Below are positions 17,727-27,744 of a stretch of 45,356 nucleotides of DNA, one piece after another. The notes under the pieces were generated by a model, which made no database searches, was not told the DNA's origin, and saw nothing but the letters and a program-made list of their open reading frames with translations. The DNA is taken from assembly GCA_039932055.1 (NCBI GenBank), contig JBDTQT010000002.1, positions 1-45,356 on the forward strand, read 5' to 3'. The position numbers and the translations under genes are program-made. This DNA is from Thermoanaerobaculia bacterium. Its GTDB lineage: Bacteria; Acidobacteriota; Thermoanaerobaculia; Multivoradales; JAGPDF01. The first letter of the stretch is position 1, and the number at the start of each line of letters is the position of its first letter.

Positions 17727-18725
17727 GTGAACGCTGAATTCGAGACCGAATCCTCCATGAGAACACCGAAGCGCGACGGCGACCACTACGGAGACATCAA
17801 GATCTTCACCGGGCGCGCCCATCCGGCGCTCACCCAGGAGATCTGCGATTACCTCGGGGTCTCGCCCGGCAACTCCTCCGCCTACAACTTTTCGGACGGC
17901 GAGACGTTCTGCCAGATCGACGAGAATGTGCGGGGATCGGACGTTTTCATCGTCCAGCCGACGAGTTCGCCGGTGAACGAGAATCTGATGGAGTTGCTCA
18001 TCCTGCTGGACGCCTTCAAGCGCTCCTCGGCGTCGCGCGTAACGGCCGTGCTGCCGTACTACGGCTACGCCCGCCAGGACAAGAAGGACCAGCCGCGCGT
18101 GCCGATCACGGCGAAGCTCGTGGCCGACCTCATTTCGCGCGCCGGCGCCGATCGCGTGCTCTGCATGGATCTGCATGCACCGCAGATCCAGGGCTTTTTC
18201 GACGTCCCGGTGGACCATCTCTTCGCCGCGCCGGTGCTGCTCGAGGCGATCCGGGCGCTGGCGATTCCCGACCTGGTCATCGTCTCGCCCGACGCCGGCG
18301 GCGTGGAGCGCGCGCGCGCGATCGCCAAGCGCCTCGAAGCCGGCCTGGCGATCATCGACAAGCGGCGGACCGCGCCGAACGTCGCCGAGGTCATGCACAT
18401 CATCGGCGACGTCGGGGGCCGAGACGTCCTCATCCTCGACGACATCATCGACACCGCGGGCACCCTCTCGAAGACGGTCGAAGCCCTGCGTGTCGCAGGC
18501 GCGCAGCGCATCCTGGCTGCCGGCGTGCACGGCGTGCTTTCCGGCCCGGCTCTGCAGCGCATCGAGCAGTCCCCTCTCGAACAGGTGTTGATCACCAACA
18601 CCACGCCGGTCGAGGAGAAGCTCCAGAAGAGCTCGAAGCTCCGTTCACTCTCGGTCGCGCCGCTGCTGGGCGAAGCCATTCGCAGAATCCACGAGAACAG
18701 CTCGGTCAGCTCGCTGTTCGTCTAG
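17727..18725 (+). CDS. prs: ribose-phosphate pyrophosphokinase
   Basis: Diagnostic stretches are IKIFTG...VFIVQ...VLPYYGYARQDKK...VSPDAGGVERAR...ILDDIIDTAGT. The start may instead be the ATG at 17757. Confidence 0.95.
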   Translation: MNAEFETESSMRTPKRDGDHYGDIKIFTGRAHPALTQEICDYLGVSPGNSSAYNFSDGETFCQIDENVRGSDVFIVQPTSSPVNENLMELLILLDAFKRSSASRVTAVLPYYGYARQDKKDQPRVPITAKLVADLISRAGADRVLCMDLHAPQIQGFFDVPVDHLFAAPVLLEAIRALAIPDLVIVSPDAGGVERARAIAKRLEAGLAIIDKRRTAPNVAEVMHIIGDVGGRDVLILDDIIDTAGTLSKTVEALRVAGAQRILAAGVHGVLSGPALQRIEQSPLEQVLITNTTPVEEKLQKSSKLRSLSVAPLLGEAIRRIHENSSVSSLFV

Positions 18726-18744
18726 ACGAGAAGGGATCAAGACA

Positions 18745-19407
18745 ATGACTCAGGACCTCACCATCGAAGTGAACCGCCGGGAAGAAACCGGCAAGTCCGC
18801 CAACCGCCGCCTGCGTCGCGAGGAGATGATTCCGGCCGTGGTCTACGGCGGGGGCAAGGAGCCGATCTCCATTCAGGTTCCGCGCAAGACCCTCATCGAC
18901 CTGTTCAAGTCGGGCGGCAGCGAAAACCGCATCTTCCTGCTCAAGCTCGCCGATACCGGCCAGAGCCGGCACGCGATGATTCGCGACATGCAGATTCATC
19001 CGGTCACCCGCAAGGTCGAGCACGTCGATTTCATGCGCATCGACATGGCGAAGCGCATTCGCGTCCGCGTGCACGTCACTCTCGAGGGCGTCGCCTACGG
19101 CGTGCGCACCGAGGGTGGCCTCCTCGACTTCGTTACCCGCGAGGTCGAAGTCGAGTGCCTGCCGACCGCCATCCCGCAGGAGATCAAGATCGACGTCTCC
19201 GAGGTCAGGGTCGGACAGCATCTCGAGCTCAAGGACCTGCAGCTTCCCGCTGGCGTGAAGCTGCTCGAGGAGGAGGATCGCGTCATCGTTTCCGTGGCCC
19301 ACGCCAAGGTCGAGGCCGAGGCGGCGGGTGCGGGCGCCGAAGGCGCTGTCGCCGAGCCCGAGATCATCGCCAAGGGCAAGAAGGAAGAGGAGAAGGCCTC
19401 GTCCTGA
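18745..19407 (+). CDS. rplY: 50S ribosomal protein L25/general stress protein Ctc
   Basis: It reads REETGKSANRRLRREEMIPAVVYGGGKEP..., has two beta-barrel domains and an acidic/Lys-rich tail. It sits between prs and pth as in Bacillus. Confidence 0.9.
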   Translation: MTQDLTIEVNRREETGKSANRRLRREEMIPAVVYGGGKEPISIQVPRKTLIDLFKSGGSENRIFLLKLADTGQSRHAMIRDMQIHPVTRKVEHVDFMRIDMAKRIRVRVHVTLEGVAYGVRTEGGLLDFVTREVEVECLPTAIPQEIKIDVSEVRVGQHLELKDLQLPAGVKLLEEEDRVIVSVAHAKVEAEAAGAGAEGAVAEPEIIAKGKKEEEKASS

Positions 19408-19409
19408 GT

Positions 19410-20042
19410 TTGGCCGAGTCGCGTCGCCTCCGCCGCCTGGTAGTGGGGCTCGGAAACCCAGGCGAGTCCTACCTCCGGACCCGCCACAACGTCGGCTTCC
19501 GCGTCGTCGACCGCCTGGTCGAGTTGCATGCGTTCGCCGATTTCCGCGAAGACTGCGGCGCCTGGGTGCGCTCCCGCGGCGAATGGCTGGTCTGCCAGCC
19601 CCGGACATTCATGAATCGCAGCGGCAGCGCAGTACGCTGCCTCTGCGAAAGTAACGGCATCGAATCCGGCTACGTGCTGCTGGTGTACGACGACATTCAC
19701 CTTCCGCTGGGACGGCTGCGCATGCGCGCCGGCGGCAGTGCGGCAGGCCACCGTGGCCTGGAGTCGACGATCGAGGCGTTGCAGACCGAAGCGGTTCCGC
19801 GGCTCCGGCTCGGCATCGGCGGGCCGCCTGCCGGTCTCGGCGAGTCGGGCCTCGCCGGCTACGTACTGGCGGACTTCCTCGCCGAAGAGGAACCGGTAGT
19901 CGGGGAGATGGTCGAGCGCGCCGCGCGGGCCGTGACCAAGTGGTTCGAAGCGGGGATAGACGCCGCGATGCGGTTGGCGAACGCGCCGGACCCGCCGATC
20001 CCGGCGGCCCCCGACTTGCCCGACGGGGCGAAGAGCGAATAG
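19410..20042 (+). CDS. pth: peptidyl-tRNA hydrolase
   Basis: LVVGLGNPGESYLRTRHNVGF...LLVYDDIHLPLGRLRMR..GS..GHRGLES is Pth-like. The start is the TTG at 19410, 2 nt after the rplY stop. Confidence 0.9.
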   Translation: MAESRRLRRLVVGLGNPGESYLRTRHNVGFRVVDRLVELHAFADFREDCGAWVRSRGEWLVCQPRTFMNRSGSAVRCLCESNGIESGYVLLVYDDIHLPLGRLRMRAGGSAAGHRGLESTIEALQTEAVPRLRLGIGGPPAGLGESGLAGYVLADFLAEEEPVVGEMVERAARAVTKWFEAGIDAAMRLANAPDPPIPAAPDLPDGAKSE

Positions 20043-20159
20043 AATCAAGATTCCCCGCGGGTGGATCCCCAACCTGCCGGTGACGAGGATGGTCCGAGTC
20101 ACCGCTCCTTCCTGTTCCGCGTCGCACGCGGGACCTCAACGGCCATAGGGAGGGCTAGA

Positions 20160-20675
20160 GTGAGAACGTATGAATTGGCGCTGGTCGCCGATCCGAGACT
20201 CTCGGACGACGACATGACGGCGCTCTCCACGGAGTTCAAGCAGCTCATCACCAGCCGCGGCGGAGAAGTCGTCCGCGAAGAGAGCTGGGGCCGGCGGAAA
20301 CTCGCCTATCCGATCCGCAAACTGACCGAGGGACGCTACCTCTTCCTCTTTCTGGAGATCGAGCCGGCCAAGGCCGGTTTGCTCAAGGAAGTCGAGATGC
20401 GCCTCAATCAGAACGACAAGATCCTGCGCTACCTGACGGTGCGCACGGACGAGGATCTCAAGCGCGCAGCCGGAAGGGCGAAGCCCGGCGAGGCCCCACC
20501 GCGCACCGGCGGCTACTACGACGTCGATCCGGCGGTCGCCGCTGCCGCCGCTGCCGCCGCTGTCGGCTCCGGTGCCTCCGCGGTTGCGGATAGCACCGAG
20601 GCAGCAGCTGCCGTTGTCGCCGCGGAACCCGTACCTGACACCGAGGCCGCCACGAGCGGCGCTGAGGAGGCCTGA
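20160..20675 (+). CDS. rpsF: 30S ribosomal protein S6 with a long Ala/acidic C-terminal tail
   Basis: It reads (M)[17 protein letters not shown]...[22 protein letters not shown]. The GTG at 20160 is preceded by AGGGAGGG. Confidence 0.9.
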   Translation: MRTYELALVADPRLSDDDMTALSTEFKQLITSRGGEVVREESWGRRKLAYPIRKLTEGRYLFLFLEIEPAKAGLLKEVEMRLNQNDKILRYLTVRTDEDLKRAAGRAKPGEAPPRTGGYYDVDPAVAAAAAAAAVGSGASAVADSTEAAAAVVAAEPVPDTEAATSGAEEA

Positions 20676-20677
20676 CG

Positions 20678-20968
20678 ATGCAACCGTTCAAATCAGGTCC
20701 CCGCGGGGGCAAGAAGGGTCCAGGCAAGGGCAAGCCGGCGGCGAAGAAGAAGACCTTCTTTCGCCGCAAGAAAGTATGCCGCTTCACGGTCGAGCACATC
20801 GAGTACATCGATTACAAGGACGTGAAGCTTCTCCAGCAGTACATTCTCGAGCGCGCCAAGATCCTGCCTCGGCGGATCTCCGGCAACAGCGCCCGGCACC
20901 AGCGAATGGTGCAGGCGGCCATCAAGCGTGCTCGTCACCTGGCGCTGATTCCCTACACGACCGACTAG
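20678..20968 (+). CDS. rpsR: 30S ribosomal protein S18
   Basis: It has [51 protein letters not shown]. Confidence 0.93.
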   Translation: MQPFKSGPRGGKKGPGKGKPAAKKKTFFRRKKVCRFTVEHIEYIDYKDVKLLQQYILERAKILPRRISGNSARHQRMVQAAIKRARHLALIPYTTD

Positions 20969-20977
20969 GAGCCGGAG

Positions 20978-21424
20978 ATGAAAGTCATCCTGATGAGCGA
21001 TTTGCGTCAGCGCGGCCGGCGCGGACAGGTGGTCGACGTCAAGCCGGGCTTCGCCCGGAACTTCCTGTTGCCGAACGGTCTCGCCCTGCCGGCGTCGCCG
21101 GGCAACATCAAGCGCTTCGAGCACGAAAAGAAGAAGATCGACGCCCGCCATGACGAGGCGCTCGCCGTCGCCAACGCGGAAGCGGCGAGGATCTCGGGCG
21201 TCAAGCTCGAGCTCAAGAAGCGCGCGATGGAGACCGGCACGCTGTACGGCTCAGTGTCGGTCGCCGATATCGTAGCGGCCCTGCACGAGAAAGGCATCGA
21301 GGTCGATCGCCGCCAGGTGGATCTCGTCGGCGGGATCAAGTCGGTCGGCGACCATGTTGTCCGGGTCGAGTTGCATGCCGACGTTGTCGCGGAGCTGGCC
21401 GTAGCCGTCGCCGCCGAAGACTAG
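20978..21424 (+). CDS. rplI: 50S ribosomal protein L9
   Basis: It begins MKVILMSDLRQRGRRGQVVDVKPGFARNFLLPNGLALPAS and has the two-domain L9 layout. Confidence 0.93.
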   Translation: MKVILMSDLRQRGRRGQVVDVKPGFARNFLLPNGLALPASPGNIKRFEHEKKKIDARHDEALAVANAEAARISGVKLELKKRAMETGTLYGSVSVADIVAALHEKGIEVDRRQVDLVGGIKSVGDHVVRVELHADVVAELAVAVAAED

Positions 21425-21428
21425 TAGC

Positions 21429-22643
21429 GTGAAGGGGAGCGATCCGCATCGCGAGCCGTCACCGCCGATAGCGGGTGCGGGCGCTTCCCAGCCTTCGATC
21501 GAGCGATTTCTCGGCGATCCGACGAGAAGCATCGAAGACTGGCGATGGCTGTGGGCCGGAGACGAAGAGTTTCCGATCCGCAGCCATCGTGGCTTTCTGG
21601 GGCGTATCGTCGTCTTCTTCAAGCGGCTGGCTCGGCCCATGGTGCAAGCGCCCCAACGCGATCTCTGGGACCGCCAGCGCATCTTCAACCTCGTCCTCCT
21701 GGAGTACCTGCAGCGCGGCGAAGACGTCCGCAAGCAGGTCACCGAGGTTCACGAGCACCGGATCAATCATCTGGATGCCGTCTACCGCGAAGGGCTGAAC
21801 GAGATCATGCAGCACAACGACGCGCTCTTCGCGCGCGTCGATCAGAAGCTCGATTTCCTCCGTCGCGAGACCCGGACCATCTGGGGCCGGCTGGGAGCCG
21901 CTCTGGCGATCGCCGAGCAGGGCGGGCTGCCGGCGGTCATCAAGGCGCAGGAGGAACACGTCTACGTCGAGCTCGAGCGCCGCTACCGCGGGACCGAAGA
22001 AGAGATCGCCGAGCGCATCTCGCGCTTCCTGCCGAACCTGGAAGGGCAGAGCGAGGTGCTCGATCTCGGCTGCGGGCGCGGCGAGGCGTTGGCGGTGCTG
22101 CGCGGTCGCGACATCAAAGCCCGTGGCGTCGATCTGTCGGCGGCGATGGTCGCCGAATGCCATCGCAAGGGGCTGGCTGCCGAGGAAGGCGACCTCCTGG
22201 AGTATCTCTCCGCCGCGCCGGAAGGGCGGTTCGGCGGCATTGTCTCGTTCCACGTCATCGAGCACTTGCCGCCCGAGATTCTCGACCGGCTGGCGCGCCT
22301 CGCCTGGCGCGCGCTCAGGCCCGGCGGCGTGCTGATTCTCGAAACGCCCAACCCGCTGTCGCTGGTCGTGGCAGCGCGCAACTTCTGGCTCGATCCGACA
22401 CACAAGCGGCCAGTCCATCCGGAGAGTCTGAAGCTGAGTCTCGAGCTCGCCGGTTTCGATCCAGTGGAGCGGGTCGACCTGCGGCCGTTCCCCGACGTCG
22501 AGCGGCTGCCGGAGATTCGCGTCGAAGCCGTCGGCGCCGAACAGCGCGCCCTCGCCTTCGAGATCAACTCGCTGCGCGACCGGGTCGACGACCTGCTGTT
22601 CGGTTGCCAGGACTACGCGGTCATCGCCACCAAGCCGACCTGA
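21429..22643 (+). CDS. class I SAM-dependent methyltransferase with an N-terminal helical extension
   Basis: Motif I is VLDLGCGRGE. Downstream stretches are GIVSFHVIEHL and LRPGGVLILETPN. The GTG start lies 5 nt after the rplI stop. Confidence 0.8.
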   Translation: MKGSDPHREPSPPIAGAGASQPSIERFLGDPTRSIEDWRWLWAGDEEFPIRSHRGFLGRIVVFFKRLARPMVQAPQRDLWDRQRIFNLVLLEYLQRGEDVRKQVTEVHEHRINHLDAVYREGLNEIMQHNDALFARVDQKLDFLRRETRTIWGRLGAALAIAEQGGLPAVIKAQEEHVYVELERRYRGTEEEIAERISRFLPNLEGQSEVLDLGCGRGEALAVLRGRDIKARGVDLSAAMVAECHRKGLAAEEGDLLEYLSAAPEGRFGGIVSFHVIEHLPPEILDRLARLAWRALRPGGVLILETPNPLSLVVAARNFWLDPTHKRPVHPESLKLSLELAGFDPVERVDLRPFPDVERLPEIRVEAVGAEQRALAFEINSLRDRVDDLLFGCQDYAVIATKPT

Positions 22644-22647
22644 AGCC

Positions 22648-25131
22648 TCAGTTGGCCTCGTCTTCGGCGGTCTCGACGGGGAAGTTCTCCGCCGTCAGTC
22701 CGTCGGGCATCCGCTCCCGGTCCTTCGCGTTGTAGAACGGTCGCTGCTGCGCCCATGGCAGGTCGAGAATGCGCGCCCATCGCGCCTCGTAGAGGCGGTC
22801 CGGACCGGTGCCGGCGAGAAAGGCCTCGTTGATCGTCCTCTCGGCGGCGGGTGTGGCGGCGAGGCCGGTGCGGTACTCGACGGTGCGGAACTCGACTCCC
22901 GGCGGCACGGGGAACTGCTCGCCCTCTTGCAGCCAGCCCTCCTTCAACCCGGCCTCGGCGATGTCGCGCCAGATCGGAATCGCTGCTTCGGCGCCGGTCA
23001 TCTTCTTGCCCAGCGTACGCTTCTGGTCGTAGCCCACCCAGACGAGCATTGTGTACCGCGGCGTGTAGCCGACGAACCAGGCGTCCGTGTAGTCGTTCGT
23101 CGTTCCGGTCTTGCCGGCGATGTCGAGCGGCAGGTCGGCGAGCTTCGCCCCGGTGCCGCGGTCGACCACCCCTTCGAGCATCGAGGTCAGCACGTAGGCG
23201 GTTGCCGGTTCGAACGCCTTGGTCGCTTCGGCTTCGTGCTGCTCGATCGGCGAACCAGTTGGGGAGAGCACTCGCTCGACCAGGTACGGCTTCACGAGAA
23301 CGCCCTGGTTGGCGAAGGAGGCGTAGGCCGCCGCGACCTCGAGCGGCACGAGGTCGGCGGCGCCGAGCGCCAGGCTGGGATAGGGCGGTAGCGGCGTCGT
23401 CAGGCCGCAGCGTCGGGCAAAATCGATGGTTCGCGCGGCGCCGACCAGATCCATGAGCTTCACCGAGGTGACATTGACGGAGAGCTCGAGAGCTCTCCGG
23501 AGCGTCAGCATGCCGTAGTACCGGCGGTGGTAGTTGCGCGGACTGTAGCTCGGCAGGCCGTCGGCGCCGGGAAAGAGCGCCGGCGCGTCGAAGAGCGTGT
23601 CGGCGGGAGTAAATCCGTTCTCCAGGGCCGCCCCGAAGACGAAGGGCTTGAAGGCGGAGCCCGCCTGGCGCATCGCCTGGTTGGCGCGATTGAATCGGCT
23701 GCGGCGGAAATCCCACCCGCCGACCATCGCGCGAATTGCGCCGGTCGCCGACTCCAGGACGATGGCGGCGCCCTCCACCTGCGGCTCCTGCTCCAGCATC
23801 CAGTATGGCGCGTCCGGTTTCTTCGGATCCTGGGCCTGGCGAAACCAGGCGACGTCGCCGACGCGCAATATCTCGCCCGGGGAGCGCCGCGATGTCCAGG
23901 CGACCCCCGCCGCCTTCACCGTTATCGTCGCCTCGGGAGTCCGCACGCGCGCTTCCGGACCGGTCTCGAGGACCAGTCCGGGTACCCAGGACTCGGGCAC
24001 GGGATTGCGGCCGGCCGCGGCCTCCAGCGCTTCCCCCTCGAGATCCGTCCGCTGACCGCGCAGCAGTGGGCCACGATAGCCTCGGCGGTGATCGAGCCGC
24101 AGTAGTCCCTTGCGCAGAGCCGTCTCGGCCGCCCCCTCCATGCGCAGGTCGAGCGTGGTCTGGACCTGCAGGCCGTCGTGGTAGAGCCGATCGACGCCGT
24201 AGGTCGTCTCCAGGTGCTTCCGCACCTCCTCGGCGAAGAACGGGCCGACTTCCGCCTGGGGAGGGGTGCGGACCACGACCAACGGGCTGACGATCGCCTG
24301 GTCGTGCCGCGCTGGCGTGATGAAGCCTTCGGCGAGCATCCGATTCAGCACGTAGTTGCGCCGGGCGACGACCAGATCGGGATGGCGGTACGGACTGAAC
24401 TGGCTCGGACGCTGGACGATACCGGCGAGCGTTGCGGCCTCCGACAGCGTCAGCTCTCCGACGGCGTGACCAAAGTAGGCGAGCGCCGCGCTCTCCATGC
24501 CGTAGTTGCCGTGGCCGAGAAAGACGACATTGCAGTACATCGCCAGGATCTGCTGTTTGGAGAGCTGCTTCTCGAGCTCGACGGCGAGGAATGCCTCGGA
24601 GATCTTGCGCCGCCAGCTCTTCTCGTCGGTCAGGAAGAGCTTGCGGGCGAGTTGCATGGTAATTGTCGAGGCGCCCTGGGCGTGCCGCCCGCGGCGCAGA
24701 TTCACCAGCACTGAGCGCAGGATGCCCAGCGCGTCGATGCCGCCATGGCGGAAGAAGTTGCCGTCCTCGGCGGCCAAAAGCGCGTCGCGGAGCAGCGGCG
24801 GAATCTCCCGCTGGTCAAGCATCAGACGCCGCTCGCGCGCATACGAGGCGAAGGCGACCTTGCCGTCACGCTCATAGATCTGGGTGACGAGCTTCGGGCT
24901 GAAGCTGGCGATCGCGTCGACGCGCGGCACGTGAATCGCCGCCGCGACGCCGATTCCCGCGGCGACGCCGCAGGCGACAACGGCGAGCAGGTGGAGGGGC
25001 CAGAAGCGCTTGATCGGGTGCTTCCGGAGTGGACTCTGGGCCGGTTTCGGTCGTCCGGCAGACGGGGCCAGGGACGCCCGCGAGCGCGGTGGCTCGTCCG
25101 GGGGAACCGACGAAGAAGGCACGACGCGCAT
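22648..25131 (-). CDS. mrcA: bifunctional class A penicillin-binding protein (PBP1A type)
   Basis: The GT51 transglycosylase motifs are EDGNFFRHGGID, GASTITMQLA and RKISE. The transpeptidase motifs are SAFKPF, SxN and KTGTTND. There is an N-terminal TM anchor. Confidence 0.93.
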   Translation of the reverse strand: MRVVPSSSVPPDEPPRSRASLAPSAGRPKPAQSPLRKHPIKRFWPLHLLAVVACGVAAGIGVAAAIHVPRVDAIASFSPKLVTQIYERDGKVAFASYARERRLMLDQREIPPLLRDALLAAEDGNFFRHGGIDALGILRSVLVNLRRGRHAQGASTITMQLARKLFLTDEKSWRRKISEAFLAVELEKQLSKQQILAMYCNVVFLGHGNYGMESAALAYFGHAVGELTLSEAATLAGIVQRPSQFSPYRHPDLVVARRNYVLNRMLAEGFITPARHDQAIVSPLVVVRTPPQAEVGPFFAEEVRKHLETTYGVDRLYHDGLQVQTTLDLRMEGAAETALRKGLLRLDHRRGYRGPLLRGQRTDLEGEALEAAAGRNPVPESWVPGLVLETGPEARVRTPEATITVKAAGVAWTSRRSPGEILRVGDVAWFRQAQDPKKPDAPYWMLEQEPQVEGAAIVLESATGAIRAMVGGWDFRRSRFNRANQAMRQAGSAFKPFVFGAALENGFTPADTLFDAPALFPGADGLPSYSPRNYHRRYYGMLTLRRALELSVNVTSVKLMDLVGAARTIDFARRCGLTTPLPPYPSLALGAADLVPLEVAAAYASFANQGVLVKPYLVERVLSPTGSPIEQHEAEATKAFEPATAYVLTSMLEGVVDRGTGAKLADLPLDIAGKTGTTNDYTDAWFVGYTPRYTMLVWVGYDQKRTLGKKMTGAEAAIPIWRDIAEAGLKEGWLQEGEQFPVPPGVEFRTVEYRTGLAATPAAERTINEAFLAGTGPDRLYEARWARILDLPWAQQRPFYNAKDRERMPDGLTAENFPVETAEDEAN

Positions 25132-25163
25132 TATAGTCTTCCGTCCTTATGGAGGACCGAGCG

Positions 25164-25730
25164 ATGAACGATTCCCTGCCGCCGCCCCAGTCGAAGCCGT
25201 TCGCGCCCGAGAAGATGCGCGGTGACGGGGGCTGCCAGAAGCCCGTGCTGATCGGCTGTGGGCTGCTGTCGCTGCTACTCGGCATCGCGGCAGTGGTCTT
25301 CGTGGTCAAGGCGAAGGATGTGCTCGCCTACGCGATGAACCAGCTGCGCGTGGAGATCGTCGCTCACCTGCCCGAGGACGCCGGAGCGACCGAACGTCAG
25401 CGGCTGGAGGTCGCTTTCGATGCCGCGCTGGCGCGCATTCGCGGTGGCGAGCTCGATCCGGCGGCGCTCCAGGAACTGCAGAAGAAGCTCACCGTCGCCG
25501 CTTCGGCCTCGTCGGCCCGACGCCTGACGCGGGAGGAGCTGGACGGCCTGGTCGCGGCGCTCGACAAGTTCAACCAGGGAGGGGCGAAGGCTCCGGCGGA
25601 CGCCGCCGCCGAGCCGCCGGAAGCCGGGGCCGGAGCGGCCGCGGCAGGCGATGCGACGGAGGAACCCGGCCATTCGGCCGGTGCTCCCGCCGAACCCGCC
25701 GCCGAGTCGGCAAGGCCGCCGGCTCCTTGA
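25164..25730 (+). CDS. hypothetical single-pass membrane protein
   Basis: GC3-rich frame. The ATG at 25164 lies 7 nt after GGAGGA. There is one TM helix ([21 protein letters not shown]) and an Ala/Pro/Glu-rich tail. The stop overlaps the uvrB TTG start (TTGA). I recognise no family. Confidence 0.55.
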   Translation: MNDSLPPPQSKPFAPEKMRGDGGCQKPVLIGCGLLSLLLGIAAVVFVVKAKDVLAYAMNQLRVEIVAHLPEDAGATERQRLEVAFDAALARIRGGELDPAALQELQKKLTVAASASSARRLTREELDGLVAALDKFNQGGAKAPADAAAEPPEAGAGAAAAGDATEEPGHSAGAPAEPAAESARPPAP

Positions 25731-27718
25731 ACCGTTTCGAGCTCGTTTCGCCGTTCTCGCCGCAGGGCGACCAGCCGGCCGCCATCGCCCAGCTTGCCGA
25801 GGGTCTCGAGCGCGGCGACAAGGAGCAGGTTCTGCTCGGAGTCACCGGCTCGGGCAAGACTTTCTCGATCGCCAAGGTCGTGGAGCGGGTCAATCGCCCG
25901 ACGCTTGTCCTATCGCACAACAAGACGCTCGCGGCTCAGCTGTTCCAGGAGTTCCGCAGCTTCTTTCCGAACAACGCGGTCGAGTATTTCGTGTCTTACT
26001 ACGACTACTATCAGCCCGAGGCCTACGTCCCGCAGTCGGACACGTACATCGAGAAAGAGACCAACATCAACGAAGAGATCGATCGTCTGCGGCTACGCGC
26101 CACGAAGTCGCTGTTCGAGCGCCGCGACGTGCTGCTCGTCGCTTCGGTTTCGTGCATCTACGGCCTCGGGTCACCGGAAGCGTTCTTCGGCATGCTGGAA
26201 TTCTTCGAGAAGGGGAGCCAGACCGGAATGGATCGTGCGCTGGCCCGCCTGGTCGCCATGCAGTACCAGCGCACTTCTCTCGACCTCTTCCACGGCAGCT
26301 TCCGGGTGCGCGGCGACGTCCTCGAGGTCCTCCCGGCTTACGAGGACAACGCTTTGCGGATCGAGTACTTCGGCGACGAAGTCGAGCGCATCACCCGCTT
26401 CGACACGTTGCGCGGCGACGCGCTGCAGGACCTCGACCGGGTCGCCGTCTTCCCACGCACTCACTACGTCACGCCGAAGGAGAATCTCGAGAGGGCGATC
26501 GGTTCCATCCAGCGCGAGTTGCGCCAGAGGCTCGACGAGCTCGAGGCGGAGGGCAAGCTGCTCGAGCGCCAGCGCCTCGAGCAGCGCACCCGGTTCGACC
26601 TCGAGATGCTCAAGGAGACCGGCTACTGTCATGGCATCGAGAACTACTCGCGGCATCTGTCGGGGCGCGCGGCCGGCGAGCCGCCGCCGACTCTGCTCGA
26701 CTACTTCCCGCAGGACTTCCTGCTGATCGCCGACGAAAGCCACCAGACGATTCCGCAGGTGCGTGGCATGTACCACGGCGACCGCTCGCGCAAGCAGACA
26801 CTGGTCGACTTCGGCTTCCGCCTGCCATCGGCTCTCGACAACCGGCCGCTCACTTTCGAGGAGTTCGACGCCCGCATCGGGCAGCGAATCTACGTTTCGG
26901 CGACTCCGGCCCCCTGGGAGCTGGCGCGGGTCGGCGGAGTCGTGGCCGAACAGCTCATCCGCCCGACTGGACTTCTCGACCCCGAGATCGAGATCCGGCC
27001 GGCCAAGGGACAGATCGACGATCTGCTCATGCGCATCCGTGAGGTGAGCGCGCGCGGCGAGCGCGCGCTGGTCACCACGCTGACCAAGAAGATGGCGGAG
27101 GAGCTGACCCAGTACCTGATGGAGTGCGGCGTGCGCGTGCGCTACCTGCACAGCGACGTCGAGACGCTCGAGCGCTCGGCGATCATCACCTCTCTGCGGC
27201 GGGGCGAGTTCGACGTGCTGATCGGCATCAACCTGCTGCGCGAGGGACTCGACCTGCCGGAGGTTTCTCTGGTGGCGATCCTCGACGCCGACAAGGAGGG
27301 ATTCCTGCGCAGCGAGACGGCGCTGATCCAGACCTCCGGGCGGGCGGCGCGCAACCTGAACGGCAAGGTGGTGCTCTACGCCGACGTCGAGACCAATTCG
27401 ATCCGCCGCACGGTCGCCGAGACGAAGCGGCGGCGGATCCGGCAGGAGGCCTACAATCACGAGCACGGAATCGAGCCGCGCACGATCCTGAAAGACATCC
27501 ACAGTCCGCTCGTGGCAATGAGCAATCTGGACTACTCGGCGAGCCTGAGTCCCCGCCTGCTGGAGGTCGCGGATGGGCCGGAGGTGCCGCTCGCTCAGCG
27601 CATCGCCCGGGTGGAGAAGGAGATGAAGGCGGCCGCCAAACGGCTCGAGTTCGAGGAGGCGGCGTTGCTGCGCGACCGACTGAAGGAGCTCCGCGAGCTG
27701 CAGATCTATGCCGGATGA
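25727..27718 (+). CDS. uvrB: excinuclease ABC subunit B
   Basis: It has GVTGSGKTF (Walker A), [14 protein letters not shown], and a C-terminal UVR domain ([17 protein letters not shown]). Confidence 0.97.
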   Translation: MNRFELVSPFSPQGDQPAAIAQLAEGLERGDKEQVLLGVTGSGKTFSIAKVVERVNRPTLVLSHNKTLAAQLFQEFRSFFPNNAVEYFVSYYDYYQPEAYVPQSDTYIEKETNINEEIDRLRLRATKSLFERRDVLLVASVSCIYGLGSPEAFFGMLEFFEKGSQTGMDRALARLVAMQYQRTSLDLFHGSFRVRGDVLEVLPAYEDNALRIEYFGDEVERITRFDTLRGDALQDLDRVAVFPRTHYVTPKENLERAIGSIQRELRQRLDELEAEGKLLERQRLEQRTRFDLEMLKETGYCHGIENYSRHLSGRAAGEPPPTLLDYFPQDFLLIADESHQTIPQVRGMYHGDRSRKQTLVDFGFRLPSALDNRPLTFEEFDARIGQRIYVSATPAPWELARVGGVVAEQLIRPTGLLDPEIEIRPAKGQIDDLLMRIREVSARGERALVTTLTKKMAEELTQYLMECGVRVRYLHSDVETLERSAIITSLRRGEFDVLIGINLLREGLDLPEVSLVAILDADKEGFLRSETALIQTSGRAARNLNGKVVLYADVETNSIRRTVAETKRRRIRQEAYNHEHGIEPRTILKDIHSPLVAMSNLDYSASLSPRLLEVADGPEVPLAQRIARVEKEMKAAAKRLEFEEAALLRDRLKELRELQIYAG

Positions 27719-27744
27719 CGATGCGATGACGGACTGATCTGTCG

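Noticed and set aside
17580-17760. tRNA-Gln considered as a possible integration hotspot or genomic-island border
   Set aside because: There is no integrase, no duplicated tRNA 3' end and no compositional break. Both flanks belong to a conserved housekeeping cluster (spoVG, prs).
20078-20104. Hairpin cggtgac-N13-gtcaccg between pth and rpsF, considered as a terminator or an rpsF leader structure
   Set aside because: The stem is short (7 bp), the loop is large, and no U-tract follows. I cannot verify an S6:S18-binding leader motif by eye.
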